The notes under the pieces: generated by a model | The model's input: only the letters and a program-made list of their open reading frames with translations | Database searches by the model: none | What the model was told of the DNA's origin: nothing | Assembly (NCBI RefSeq): GCF_009914755.1 | Contig: NC_060940.1 | DNA: 64,000 nt | Reading direction: 5' to 3' (one strand) | Origin: the human T2T-CHM13v2.0 reference genome, Homo sapiens | Made by a program: the position numbers and the translations under genes | In this document: in pieces, positions 1-24,558 of the stretch | Position numbering within the stretch: the stretch's first letter is position 1 | How the letters are laid out: every line of letters begins with the position of its first letter

Positions 1-70
1 AGGAGGTGGAGGTTTCAGTGAGCCGAGACTATGCCACTGCACTCCAGCCTGGGTGACAGAGAGAAAAAAA
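1..70 (+). mobile_element. Alu 3' end (cut by window edge)
   Basis: GCACTCCAGCCTGGGTGACAGA followed by A-tail. Confidence 0.9.
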
Positions 71-370
71 CAGTTGTACCAATTTATACTCCCACTAGCA
101 TTAGATAAAAGTTCAAATTATGCCAGGCATGGTGTCTCACATCTGTAACCCCAGCATTTTTGGACTCTGTCTCAAAAAAAAAATCCACATCTTTTACAAC
201 ACATGATTGTTAGATTTTTTAGTTTTTGCCTATCGGATGATATATTCTTATTTACATTTTCATTTTCCTTATTACTAAGGGGGTTGAGCAGCTTCTCACA
301 TTAGGCCTTCCTCCTCTGCCCACATGACATGACTATTCATATTCTTTCCCTGTTTCCTACTGGGATATCA

Positions 371-855
<485 letters not shown>

Positions 856-1107
856 TAGGCATCCACTGTCGCACTTCAAATTAAACAGACGCACACGACA
901 GATATTCTCACAGAAAAGCAGTCAGCCAAGCCCAGAACCCATAGATCTAGGTCCACACTCACGCCTCTGCATGCTCCCCAGAAAGACGGATGCATCGCCC
1001 GCAGGTAGAGACGGGCTCACCAATCCCACTCAAAACCCGCTGCCGGCTTACAGCTCGCAAGCCGCCCACAGTGCCAGCCCCATGCCAAGCATCACTAGGG
1101 GCTCTAG

Positions 1108-2001
<894 letters not shown>

Positions 2002-2829
2002 TGAGGTTTCGGAGCGCACCTGAAATTCCCAGCTTTTCCTCCCTCGCCTTCCTTGGGTCGGGGTGGGAGGCTTGGGGCGGCAAAAGGGTCAAAAGGCACA
2101 CACCGTTCTCTTTTCTCTCTTGACTCAGTTAAAGTCTGCTTGGGCACAACTCTAGAAGGCAGTTTCGAAATAGACCGGCTGTATTTATTTACTGGTTCTC
2201 TCTGCGGTGTTTGGATGTCAACATTTCTAAGTAAACGAAGCATTTTGTTTTTCATTAATAGGATACAATAGTTGAAACTCCTGCCCTCAAAGTGTAGAGG
2301 CAGCGTCAGGGGCTCCAGGGTCACTGGAGGTCCCTGCAAACCCGGGGGCTCCCCAAAGCCGCTGCTCTCACATGGCTTGCCCACCAGGCTGGGAAGGAGA
2401 GGTCCTTCTCAGGGACCCGGCAGCTTCCTGCCTCGGCTCTGGGTCACTGCTCCGCGCTCTGCCCCAGCACGGATCTCTGAGCGATGTAGGGCTAAAGTAT
2501 TGTGAATGTGATCTTATTCTGTCCTCACCTGGTGGAAAATTGTGTGTGCGCGCTTTCTTTCTCTATACCTGTAATTATGGATTTAGAAAATCTTCCTAGA
2601 AGGGCTCAACTGTGTTCTGATTCTGACGGGTTGAAGTTGAAATCACAATCCAATGTCTTAGTGGTTCATGGGCTAGGATGGATGTCATAGCACTGCCAAC
2701 CTCTTTCCTTTTCTTTTTTTTTCTCCCTTTTTAACCTTGGTCTTTCTTTCTAGTTCATCCTTTCAAGACCCAATGACTTGGTGCTTTGGCATAATATCAG
2801 GGCGTCAGGGCTGAGGGTCTCTGTTTCTT

Positions 2830-3530
<701 letters not shown>

Positions 3531-3589
3531 GTCTCTTGTTTCTTACAAGCTCAAAATAATCTCAACAATGGCTGCCTTTTATTGCTAGA

Positions 3590-4215
3590 TGACCATGTGC
3601 TGAGAACTCTAAATGCATCATTTCATTTAGTCCCCGCAACAACCTCCTGCAGTACTAAGATTTATAAATTTAAATCTTGCCTAGATTTAAAAAAACATTT
3701 TAAAATAAAAATTTTAAAACAAAACATTTTAAAATAAAAAATTTAAATATAAATTTAAAATCTTGCATAGATTTAAAAAAACAAAACAAAACTGGGACTT
3801 GTTAGGTGATCTGACAGTTAAGTGGCAGAACCAGGATTTGAACCCCGGTCTGTTGGACCCCAGAGCCTGCTTTTAACATGAAGGTTTATTGCTTTCATGG
3901 TTTCAGAAAACTTCCTAAGTCTATTGAGATAGTCACAGAACATGCTCAGTGATTTTATAATTATGTGGCAGCCCTGTTGCTCTCTGAAGCTCACAGAGGC
4001 CTTAAAAAAATGCTGGGTCCACGCAGAATGGAAGCTGTTCACAAGAGTGCTGCTTTGAATCCTCACTCTGTGCCTTGCTGGCTATGTGACTTTAGGAGTA
4101 TTGCTAAGCCTCACTCTGCCTTCATTTTCTGAAAATAGAGATTATGTCTTTATTGTGTATACTAAATAAGATGATACATATAGTACTCAAGGTTAAGTGC
4201 TCAATACGTATTGTT
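3590..4215. mobile_element. MIR fragments
   Basis: AGTGGCAGAACCAGGATTTGAACCCC and CTATGTGACTTTAGG...CCTCA core motifs. Confidence 0.65.
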
Positions 4216-4461
4216 CACTTCCATTCGGTTACTGCACAACATTTATAGACAGAACCTGCTTTTACTCTTTGCAAGGAATTATGTAAATATTGGTCAATTC
4301 TTCAATAATGCCCTTGTAGCTTTTTATATCTTAACATTTTATGAGAAAAAATTTGAAACATGCAGGAAAATTGCAGCAAGCACCCAATTTACAGCAGTTT
4401 CAATCCTGAAATTTTTGTACTTCTGGGTCCTATGCTGCACACTGTTAAAAGTCAGGTATAA

Positions 4462-5545
<1,084 letters not shown>

Positions 5546-5959
5546 GTTTTCTAGATGCGTGTTTGCACGCAGGGGGTGTTTGATTAAACCTTTTTTGGAA
5601 CACTCTTTCAACTCTCAGGGTATCTATGGATCCATTCCATAAAGCCTGGGCCCTCCATTTATTTATTAAGTGTGAAAATTAGTACTTTTGTTTCTATGGC
5701 ATGACAATTGCCAAGCCAATGTTGTAACACATGAAATGCTGGAGAAAAGAAGAGTCCCCTTAAAAAGAAGACATGCTCTGTTTAACTTCCACACATTTTA
5801 AAATATTTTATGTTAAACACTGAGTAGGTGTAAATTAAACAGAATTGAAGAGGGGAGGGAGACTGCAGAACTGGTCTTTTTTAGTTAAGATTGTGTTGAC
5901 TGCTATTTTAAATTTCAACTATAGTTTTTAGATAAAAGATATGTAATGTGCTATATCAG

Positions 5960-6205
5960 AGTAGCAAAGAAGGAACGTTTTGAAGTTAGGCTGAATGAGT
6001 TCAAACCAGCCTCATTCAGCTGTCACTTGGTAGATTTGTGACCCTGGGAAAATTGCTCAAGGTCTCTGTGTGTCAGTTGCCTCATCTGTGAAATGGGGAT
6101 AATTGTAGTAATGCGCACTTCGGACTCTTGGAAGATTAGATGAGATATGTATATAATGCATTTAGCACAGGGCCTCACATGCTGAAAGCGCTCAATCAAG
6201 GTTGA
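5960..6205 (+). mobile_element. MIR
   Basis: GTGACCCTGGGAAAATT...CTCATCTGTGAAATGGGGATAAT core. Confidence 0.8.
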
Positions 6206-6742
6206 ATGGTTGTCATAGGAGGACAGAAGGGGATTGCCCCAGCAATATTTGCAGAGGTTATCCCAAACTCACCAGTTACAGCTTTTCATTGCTTCCATTT
6301 CTTAGTAAATTCTGGTTAATGATTCTGTACATACTGCCTTCCTCATGGGAACATGTGGAGAAAGGCTTCTGCACCCTTACAAACCATCTAGTATTTTCTC
6401 CTTTGAGAAAGGTTCAAAGTAATTGCTCCCAGCCACCTTCAACAGCGTTTTTCCACTAGCAGGGAGGTTTTTTCCCCGCTCAGCTGGAAAATGTATAGTG
6501 ACATTTCAGCGTGGTTAGATATATAAAAATACTGCTTTCAACCAAGTGTAATTAATTGAGGGAGACATGCAGACAAGGTGCCTTTTGAAAAAGCGCAGAG
6601 CTTTTCAGAAACACAGTTGTCTCTGTTGTGGCCATTTCTTGATAGATTTGTATGTGTCTTAAAGGATGATCAAGATTTTGGACAGGGGAAATGGAGGAGT
6701 TGGAGGCGGGAGAGGGGAATGCCAGGAGAGGTAATAGCATCA

Positions 6743-7051
<309 letters not shown>

Positions 7052-7467
7052 TCAACACAGACATAGTGCTGGAAATAAATGCTCTATGAGTAGGAGATTG
7101 GAATGAAGTAGAGAGCTCAAACTGCAATCTTTCCATAAGCCCGGGGGAGATGACTACTATTTAAAAGTTCAAAGTTGTGTACTGACTAACAAGCAGATCG
7201 TAAAACTGGCCAGCGTTTCAGGTTTCATAAACAGTGTGGAGGCTGAAATAATGCAAATTGCTGGCAATCTATATAATAGATTCTTGGGGAAAGGTTTGAA
7301 CTATCTTCTGTTTGGTTACATATGCTCATTTTATTATTTTATTTTGGTTTTGCATCATTTCTTTTTTTCTGATTCTAGAAGTAATACATGTACTTTATAA
7401 AAAATTTGAATTCATCTGAAATATGAAAATAAAAAGTAAAAAACGACCATCATTTGCTCCCCAGATC

Positions 7468-8000
7468 CCATTTATTCACTCCATAAATAGGTACTGAGTG
7501 CCTTACAAGTGCCAGGAAGTGTTCTAGGGGCTGCAGGTACAGTCTTGAGATTTCTCGACAAAGTCCCTGCCCACATAAAGCTTCTGTTTAGGGGAAGTTA
7601 AGACCTGGGTTGAGAGTGAAGGCGTCAAATATTACATAAGCAAACAAGTAAGATGGTTTAGGTCATAGTAAATGTTTCATGGGCATTAATAGGGAAGGGG
7701 TACTTTTCATTTGGTGTTCAGGAAGCGCTTCTCTAAGGAGGTGACATTTTGCTGTATCAATAGCAGGAATCCAGGCAGTAAACGTAAAGGCCTTGTGCTA
7801 GAGGAAGAGACAGAAGGCCAGGGTGGCTGGAACCCAGTGAGTCAGGGTGAAGGGCAGATGAATCAGAGGGAAGCCAGACTAGGTAGGGCCTTTTAGGTTG
7901 TGATTAAAACAAACAAACAAAAAGTCTGAAATTTATTCTCATTGCAGGAGAAACTGCTAAAAAATTTTAATCAAGGGACTAACATGAACTGTTATGTTTT
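7468..8000 (-). mobile_element. L2 fragment
   Basis: ATTTATTCACTC...TACTGAGTGCC...GTGCCAGG...TTCTAGGGGCTG resembles the L2 3' end. Confidence 0.65.
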
Positions 8001-8011
8001 TTGAGGTTTTT

Positions 8012-8605
<594 letters not shown>

Positions 8606-8813
8606 TTTTTGTTTTTAAAGGGTCATGTTGGGTACTAGATGGGGAATAAGTCCATAGCGGGGCAAGTGATGATCAATGCAAGCAGCATTTGATATAGTCC
8701 GTGATTCCTTCCTAATCAATTTTATTTTGGAGAAGTGGTGGCAGTTTCCTTGAGTGTGAAAGGTGTGACAAGGGCCCCATGGGTTGTCCTCTGGAAGATC
8801 AAGCACCTGGTTA

Positions 8814-9191
<378 letters not shown>

Positions 9192-9637
9192 CTATTATAG
9201 CAGTGATATAAATATTACAAATATGATAGTATCTAGAATGTACTTTGAACAAGCCCAATTATTTACACAGTTGAGTAATGTCTGCTCATAACTTTGCTCA
9301 TAACATTATGTTTTATTTTTGCAAGAGTTTCCTCCTGTGTTAATTGAAGAAAAAATTAATCATGCCTATTCTTGGACTGATTAGTTATTAAACACATATT
9401 AATAATAATATCCATTCAATGAGTTTTAGCTATGAACTTGAGCTTATTAAATTCTCATAACAGCCCTATGACATAAGGAGAATTATTATTCCCATTTAAA
9501 CATGGGGAAACCGAGGTTTCAGGGGGTTAAGAAACTTGCTGAAAGGCATAAAGCTAGAAGGTGGTAGGGCTGGAGCCTGATTCTAAGCCCTCTCTGCCTC
9601 TGGATGTTCCTATCCACTGTCTGTTATTCTTGGTTCA

Positions 9638-10710
<1,073 letters not shown>

Positions 10711-10904
10711 GTGTGAAATTAGGAAAGAAATTGGCTGTGACTGGGGAGCTGCAGGCCAACAGCAAAGAGGGGTGTTTGCATTGGGCCTGAAGGCTAAACA
10801 GGGTTTCAAAAGAGGAAGAGTGTAGAGAAGGGGATTTCAGGTAAGCTGTCTGCCCCAGGCACAGAGGTGAATATTCCAAAGGCCAGGGTCCAGGCACCAG
10901 CTTT

Positions 10905-10936
<32 letters not shown>

Positions 10937-11199
10937 GCTGTTTCTTTCCCCTTGGCTTAATGGATCCTGGGACTGCCTGGTTCACTTATATGAATGGGCT
11001 TGGGGGTTGGTTGGAAGCCAGCACAGGTAAAGGCCCTCTTTTAGTACTTCACTCACAAGTTCCCCCAAAAGATAGAATCAATTCATTTCTTCACTATTCA
11101 CTTGTTGTGGGCGTCTCCTGTGCACTTGTTTTAGAGGAACAGAGCTAGATGGGTCCTGACCCCACCCTTAAGAATTCCGTCCTACTGTGGTCCATTTCT

Positions 11200-12130
11200 T
11201 CCTCTGCTGCTTCCTAGCACTGTGATCTTGGACAATTGGCCTAACTTCCCTAAGCCTCAGTTTCCTCATCTGTAAAATGGGTATAGTGATTTCTTTAATC
11301 CCCTGAGAAATAAACAGAATAATGCCAGGAAAGCATGGTGACAAATACATGTCACTAAATGTTATTGATGGTAGCAGTGTGAAGGCTCAGCTCTGTTTTG
11401 CAGACGATATTTATTGAGAAATGCCTGCCAGGCTGGGTGGGAGGAGCTGGCCTCATAGTATGAGTACATGGTGGTCCTGCATGGAAGAGCAGATGGTTTC
11501 TAGTTTATTGGTTATAAGTGTGGGCTTTCGAGAGAGCTTTTATTTTGAGGCCTGGCTCTGCCATGTCCTGGCTCTGGACTTTGAATGAGTTATTTCACCT
11601 TTTTTTCCCCCACCTCAATCTTTTGCTATCTGTATCTGTTCTCAATGATAACCATGAGGAATTATATAAATCTGAAGAAGTTTCTCAAAGTCAGTTTTTG
11701 AGACAGGGTCTTGCTCCATTGCCCATATGGGAGTGCTGTGGCACAATCACAGCTCTTGCAAGCCTCAACCTCCTGCCTAGGCCTCCCGCCTAGGCCTCCG
11801 AAGTAGCTGGAACTACAGGTGCACACCACCACGTGTGGCTAATTTTTACAATTTTTTTGTAGAGGTGGGGTCTTGGTATGTTGCCCAGGCTGGTCTTGAA
11901 CTCCTGGCCTCAAGCAATCCTCCTGTCTTGGCCTCCCGAAGTGCTGAGATTATAGGCATGAGCCACCACGCCTGGTTATTTCACCTCTTAAGCTTTGGTT
12001 TCTGCAACTGTACAACAGTGACAGTAATAGTATCTACTTAGGATAGCTGAGAATTCCTTGAGACACAGATTGGAAATCATTCAATACAGAGGTCAGTACA
12101 TGATACATGTTTAGTAAATGTTAATTATTA
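11200..12130. mobile_element. MIR fragments with antisense AluJ (about 11695-11975)
   Basis: CCTCAGTTTCCTCATCTGTAAAATGGG; GTTATTTCACCT occurs on both sides of the insertion. Confidence 0.78.
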
Positions 12131-12329
12131 TATTATTGGCTTTACAGCTATGGCAACAGGTACATAAAAAGGTAAACTTGATTTAATAAGGGTGTGTGAG
12201 TAAGTAGGGGGCTGGCAGCAGGGTAGCTAATGGAGCAAAGAGGAGGGGCTTAGCCAACCCTGGGGCTTCTGAAAACTTCTGGAAGAGCTGAGCCTTAATA
12301 AGAAAGAATAGAAGGAAATACATATGTGG

Positions 12330-12855
12330 AATCACCATTAATTGTTAGGAAAAACCAAATTGGAACCTTACTGAGATATGTAGCCACTGGAAAGGCTAAA
12401 ATTAAAAGGACTGATCATACTAAGTGCTGGAGAGGATGTAGATCAACTGGCACCCTCATGCCTTGCTGGTAGGAATGTCACATGGGGGGAAATGGCTTGG
12501 TCATTTCTTAAAAATTTAAACATACACCAATCATAGGACCCAGACGGTGCACTTCTGGGTATTTACCCAACAGAAATGAGAGCAAGTGTCTCTACAAATA
12601 TTTGTACACAAATGTTCATAGCAGCTTTTTTAGGAATAGCCCCAAACTGAAAACAACCCAAATATGGTATAATCATACAACAGAATGCTTCTCAGCAGTA
12701 AAAAGGAACAGACTAAAGACACACTATGTAAATGGATCACAAAATCATCATGCTGAGTGAAAGAAGCAAGCAAGAAAGAAAAGAGTACATACTGTATGAG
12801 TCCGCTGACATGAAATTATTTTAAAAACGCAAACTATTGTATACAGACAGAAAGT
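12330..12855 (+). mobile_element. Old L1 (L1ME-like) ORF2 end and 3'UTR
   Basis: TGCTGGAGAGGATGTAG...GGGTATTTACCCAACAGAAATGA...CATGCTGAGTGAAAGAAGC. Confidence 0.8.
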
Positions 12856-12859
12856 AAGC

Positions 12860-13192
12860 GAGACTCTAACTCTACAAAAATAAAAATAAAAAAGTTAGCT
12901 GGGCATAGTGGCCCACGCTTGTGATCCCAGCTACTTGGGAGGCTGAGGCAGAATGGCTTGAGCCCAGGAGTTCGAGACCAGCCTGGGCAACATAGCAAGT
13001 CCTCATCTCTACAAAAAAATAAAAAAATAAACTGGCTGAGTGTGATGATGTGCACCTGTAGTCCTAGCTACCCGGGGGCTGAGGTGGGAGAATCTCTTGA
13101 GCCCAGGAGTTTGAGGCTGCAGTGAGCTATGACTGCACCACTGCACTCCAGCATGGGCAACAAAGTGAGACCTTGTCTCTAAAAAAATAAAG
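12860..13192 (+). mobile_element. Rearranged AluJ
   Basis: A-linker, hybrid monomer, second A-linker, right monomer. Confidence 0.8.
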
Positions 13193-13925
13193 AAAATGAT
13201 TATAAGAAATAACATGCATGAAGTTCTTCCTATGAGCCACTGTGTGCATGTTTTACATGCATCCTCCGCTCCTTACAAAACGTTCTGTGAGATGAGACAC
13301 AATATAGCCATCTATTGCATTTATTGTTCTATTTACAGAGGAGCAAACTGAGGCTTACAGAGGTTAAGCAATTGGCCCAATGTCACTCCACTGATAAGTG
13401 GTAGGGCTGAGATTTGAACCTAGCACAGGTTGACTTAATTCTGCTACCTTCCTAATTTCCCAGGATTAGTTGAAGCTGCCATTGATATAGATGCTTAATG
13501 TCATCTAGACACATCTCTGTGTTTCTTAGAACTGATTCTGTTCTCTGGCTCATTAATTTCCTTTTCCATTACAAACATGCCTCTTGTAAGCTTGAGGACT
13601 ACATCTCACCACTTCAAAGTGCCTTCAGTGTCAAACTGGAGTGGAAGTTGAAGACGTTCACAAAAATGGAGGAGGGAGAGCCTTTCTGTTTTGAAGACTT
13701 GTAGCTTCACAAAGAAAGGCTTTCTTTGAATGATCAAGAAGGATTTCTAGGTCAATATAGGGGCATATTACTGTAACGTTTGGCAGCAGGAGCTCTGCCT
13801 GCATTTGAATCCTGGCTTTACCACTTCATAATAGTTGCGTGATCTTGGGCTAGTTACTTAACCTCTCTGAATTTCAGTTTTCTCATCTGTAAAATGGGGA
13901 TAATAACAGGATCTGCCCCAAAGGA

Positions 13926-14307
13926 TGTATTGGTCCGTTTTCACACTGCTATAAAGATACTACCTGAGACTGAGACTGGGTGATTTGAAAAGAAAAGAGA
14001 TTTGATTGACTCACAGTTCCACCTGGCCGAAGAGTCCTCAGGAAACTTAAAATCATGGCGGAAGGCACAGGAGAAGCAAGCACCTTCTTCACAAGGTGGC
14101 AGGAGAGAGTGACAGAGGGAAGCACCAGATACTTATCAAACAACCAGATCTCGTGAGAACTCACTCAGTATCATGAGAACAGTATGGGGGAAACCGCCCC
14201 CATGATCCAATTACCTCCCACCAGGTCCCTCCCTCCACACATGGGGATTACAATTCAGATTACAATTCAAGATGAGATTTGGGTGGGGACACAGCCAAAC
14301 CGTATCA
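13926..14307 (-). mobile_element. MaLR solo LTR (THE1D/MSTA-like) inserted in a MIR
   Basis: TGTATTGGTCC...GGGGACACAGCCAAACCGTATCA; imperfect TSD AAGGA/AAGGC. Confidence 0.88.
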
Positions 14308-14669
14308 AAGGCTAATTAAGAAGATTCAATGAAATAATATATGAAAGCCCTTCACAGAGTCTGGTGCTCTCAGTAAATGGTGGCGATCATGTTAATAGAA
14401 GAGGATGTGAAGTGGGAATTGACCTGATAGTATCTGAATAGTTGGAGAGAAGGAAGAGAGAGAAGTTAAATTTAAGTGGGTGAACCTCAAGGAAGAATGG
14501 AGGTGACGATGAGCGTGGAGATTTCTGGAGGCGTGCATGAGCTTCGCTGCATTGGAGGAGTTGTGAGATAAAAAGGATGGTTAAGCAGGACCACTAGACT
14601 TTGGTGGATTAAAAAAGGACTGGCAATATGGGGCCATTGGAGGACAAGGGATGGAGGGAAAGAAGTAGC

Positions 14670-14975
<306 letters not shown>

Positions 14976-15296
14976 GAAGTAGCATTTTAGGAAGGCTTGT
15001 CTGGCAATGGTGACCAACTGGATGCAAAGTCAGGGGCCCTGGGGATAAGAAGGTCAGCTAGGAGGGTTTGGAATTATCCCATGATGAGGGCTGTATGTCC
15101 AAATATCCATGGCAGGGCTGGAGTCTACAGGAGCAGTGGGTTTGAAAGAAGGGGCTGATCAGAAATCTTGAAGGGAGAAACCCATAGTAGTTATTATGTC
15201 TCAGAAGGAAAGAAGGTCTTCTAAGTGCTCTCAATGTGATAGGCAAGGAAAAACCCTGTCATTAGCCTGAGGTCTTAACCAGTTAAAAATATCAGC

Positions 15297-15623
<327 letters not shown>

Positions 15624-15889
15624 TTAGCATCCTCGCCTTCTGCTTTGAGGGAAAGATGTGAGATTTTCAGATCAGATACAAAGTAACAGGAATAGGTACC
15701 ATGAATGGGAACCGGCAGCCAAGTGACAGTGTTGTGATGGGTATAGGCTGGGCTAGGTACTTTACACACCTTAAATTTTTGATTCTTAGATGCCAGCATA
15801 GGTGAGGTATAACATTTCAGAGTAAGTCACGTCTTTCTGAAACAACAGAAACAAAAAAACGATAAGGCCCCGTTAAATAACTGGTCCGT

Positions 15890-16315
15890 TTAGCACTACC
15901 TGCAATAGCAAAGATGTGGAATCAACCTAGGTGCCTATTGACAGTGGATTGGATAAAGAAAATATGGTACATATATACCGTGGAATACCACCAGCTAGCA
16001 AAAAAAGTAAAACTATGGTCTTTGCAGCAACATGGATGCAGCTGGAGGCCATTATCCTAAGTGAACTAATGCGTGTTCTCACTTATAAGTAGAAGCTAAA
16101 CATTGGGTACAGATGGACACAAAGGTGGGAACAGCAGACACTGGGGACTACAAGAGGGAGGAAGGAGGGAGGGAAGAGTTGAAACACTACCTGTTAGGTA
16201 CTTTGCTCATTATCTGGCTGATGGTTTCACCCAGACCCCAGATCTCAGCATCATGAAATACACCCTTGTAACAAACCTGCACATGTACCTCCTTAGTCTA
16301 AAATAAAAGTTGAAT
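15890..16315 (+). mobile_element. L1PB-like 3' end
   Basis: GCAATAGCAAAGATGTGGAATCAACCTAGGTGCC...AACAAACCTGCACATGTACC...AAAATAAAAGTT. Confidence 0.88.
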
Positions 16316-16319
16316 TTTT

Positions 16320-17222
<903 letters not shown>

Positions 17223-17241
17223 ACAAATAATAGGCATGTAA

Positions 17242-17556
<315 letters not shown>

Positions 17557-17959
17557 TAGCTGGCTTTTTGCTTGCTGTGGGAGGAGAAAGTTCTGGCTGC
17601 TTGGCTTCGATGCTATGCTTGGCTCTTCCAACCACCATTTGTGGCTTTTTGCTGCCAGAGCTTGTCATGCTGCTGCATTGCCCAAGAGAAAAAGTTTGTG
17701 AGGTTCCACGTTCCATCATATCGATGATCATTTTAGGGTTTTCACACACAAGAGACAGGATTATTGCAAGCAACAGCAATGAACTTTGGAAAACTCAGAG
17801 GTTTTCCAAGTGTGAGATTTAAAGCCTCATGCATGAAACTTTAAATTAGTTTAAGGGGGCGTAACCAGCATAAAAAAAATGAAATAGAAGGAAATAGGAA
17901 ATAGAAAGCTGCATCTATGCTGCTAAAGTTAAGTCTTATTTCCGTGCAATCTTTCGTTT

Positions 17960-18660
<701 letters not shown>

Positions 18661-18782
18661 TCTGAGTATTTCTTACTGTGATCCACAGTAAGTAAACTTA
18701 TTTAAATAAGTTTGCAAAGTACAGGAACTTAAGGAAAAGGAATGTATCTGGAAATCCTTCCAGAATTTAAAACAAAAAATAG

Positions 18783-19172
18783 CTCTAGGCACAGTGGCTT
18801 ACGCCTGAAATCCTAGCACTTTGGGAGGCTGAGGCGGGAGGATTGCTAGAGGCAAGAGTTTGAGACCAGCCTGGGCAACACAGGGAGATCCCATCTCTAC
18901 AAAACAGTTCTAAAAATTATCCAGTCATGGGGCGTGCACCTGTAGTCCTAGCTACTTGAGAGGCTGAGGCAGGAGGATTGCTTGAACCCAGGAGTTTGAG
19001 GTTACAGTGAGCCATGATTGGGCCACTGCGCTCCAGCCTGGGAGACAGAGTGAGACCCTGTCTCTTAAAAAAAAAAAAAGAAAAGAAGGAAGGAAGGGAG
19101 AGAGAGGGAGGGAGGGAGAGAGGGAGGGAGAGAGAGAGAGAGAGAGAGAGAGAAAGAAAGAAAAAGAAAAAG
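18783..19172 (+). mobile_element. AluJ with tail expanded into a (GA)n/GGGA purine tract (19080-19172)
   Basis: Alu dimer followed by roughly 100 nt of purines only. Confidence 0.9.
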
Positions 19173-19668
19173 CTAAACAGCCAGACCTTAGAGAGAAGAG
19201 GAACCTTGGTGACTAGGAATTTCCAGATGGCAGAAAATTCCGGGTACTGTCATCTGGCTGAATCAGTCCCACTCTTTTGCATCTCTGAGCCACTGTGCCC
19301 AAGATTCAAGTACCTGGGGGAGAACACAGAGAAGATCTCTGCGTTAACCAGAGTCCATTTCTGTTGCTTGCAAATCATCCCATCTCCTGTGTGTGCAAAC
19401 TCCTAAAATAAGCACTTTTAGAAGAAACGCTGACTCGTACAAACTTTCCCTGTGTCCTAAGGCCTCCTGCCAGCTTTGCAACTGCTGCTCGCGGGCAAGG
19501 GAACCTCTCCAGTCTCAGGACAATGGTGGTTGGGAGAAGCTAAGCTAAGGTCAAAGCCAAACACAGCGAGAACTTAGCCTAAGTGTATCGGACCAGCTAG
19601 GATCAAGACCCAACCCTTGACTAGGAAGGAGGGCATCTTGAATGCCAGTTCCCTAAGACAGCATTTCA

Positions 19669-20739
<1,071 letters not shown>

Positions 20740-21307
20740 TCAGATGTCCCTTCCTCCCTTCCCCTTTCCTTCCTCTCCTCCTCTTCTTCCTGTTCTGAGT
20801 CATGTTTCTCAAGGAGAGACAAGTTGTACTTTGGGATCTGGTCTCTTTTCTCACACATCTCTGCTCTCTAGGGGGGCACCTCCCTCCCTATGGATATCAC
20901 AGGGAGTTTTTTTCCTTTTAGAGTTTGAATGGAGGAAGACTTCAGACAGAACTGTACACAGCACAGAGCTGCAGAGAAGTGGAAGATTAAGAGAAAATAA
21001 TGTTGGACAAATTAGATGTAGCTTGTATAATCTGGAGCTACAGTCACGAGAATAGGATGTAACATAAAGTCTAATGTGATTCAGCAAACACACGTTTTCA
21101 TTACTTTTGTGCAGATGGCTCTGCTAGGTGACTTGGAAGGGAAGGAAACCGAGGCAGTGTTGCTTCCTTCGAGGAAGACAGAGTTGCTTCCTTTCCCCCC
21201 ATCCACTGGGGACAGAATTTCAAAGAGATTACAGCACAGACCAGCCTGTGGCAAATGCATGAGCCAAGTGTGATGGGGACACAGAGGCGATTAAAATGCA
21301 ATCATTA

Positions 21308-22560
<1,253 letters not shown>

Positions 22561-22849
22561 ATGTTAACTATATATTAAGATACGAAACAGCTTTCTTTCA
22601 AGGGGTGCAGCTTTAAAACAGTCTACAGTAGCAAGGCATTTAACCTGTACTCGGAAGCCAGGAAACCTTGGCCTGACTTGCCACTGTGTTCTTTGAAAGG
22701 TCCGTCGTTAATGTTTGACTATTCTTAATGACAATTTGTGGCTTATCAGGTTGACGTTTTCCTTTCTTTTCAGGCAGCTGAGACTTAAGGGAGTGAAGTA
22801 ATTTGGTGGTATTCATTGCAGGGGCCACATAGATACTGTCAGTACGCTT

Positions 22850-23975
<1,126 letters not shown>

Positions 23976-24558
23976 TAGGTTTAGAATGTGGAAGATACAC
24001 AAATCTGAATTCACTTTATGGGGTGCATATTTGAGACTAAATTAAAACTAATTAACTTGAGGAAGAAAGAAAATATCGTAATTCAAATGATACTGTGGAA
24101 AAAGTAGCAGAGTAGGAGTTAGAATACTTTGGTTCTAGAGCTTGTTCACCTTCCAGCTAACTGGTTGACCTTTGACAAGCTTCTTAACCTTTTTGCACGT
24201 CTGACTCTTGCCTCCAGTTGTATCTGGTCTCATGAATCTTCCAAATAATTGACAGAGTCATTTTCTACAATGCGAATATGACCTCTGCTTAAGTCCATCA
24301 GGAGCTCACCATTGCCTTTGGGGTGAAGCTAAAACTCCTAGCTAACCATGCAGCAGTCTGTGTTTGTAGCTTCCTCTCCCTCCACGTGCCCAGCCAGGAC
24401 CTTTGATCCACCTGTTCTCACCTCCTTTCATTGCCTTCAATGCTCACAGTTTGCTAAGCCTCCAGATGTTGGTTCAGGTTGTTCCCTCCTTCTGGAATAT
24501 CTGGTCCCTTCTCTGACCAGCTGACTTCTACTCATTCTTCAAGAAATAGCTTGGACTT

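Noticed and set aside
20864-20880. CTCF-like motif CTCTAGGGGGGCAC
   Set aside because: An extra G breaks the core spacing; not supportable without a PWM scan or ChIP data.
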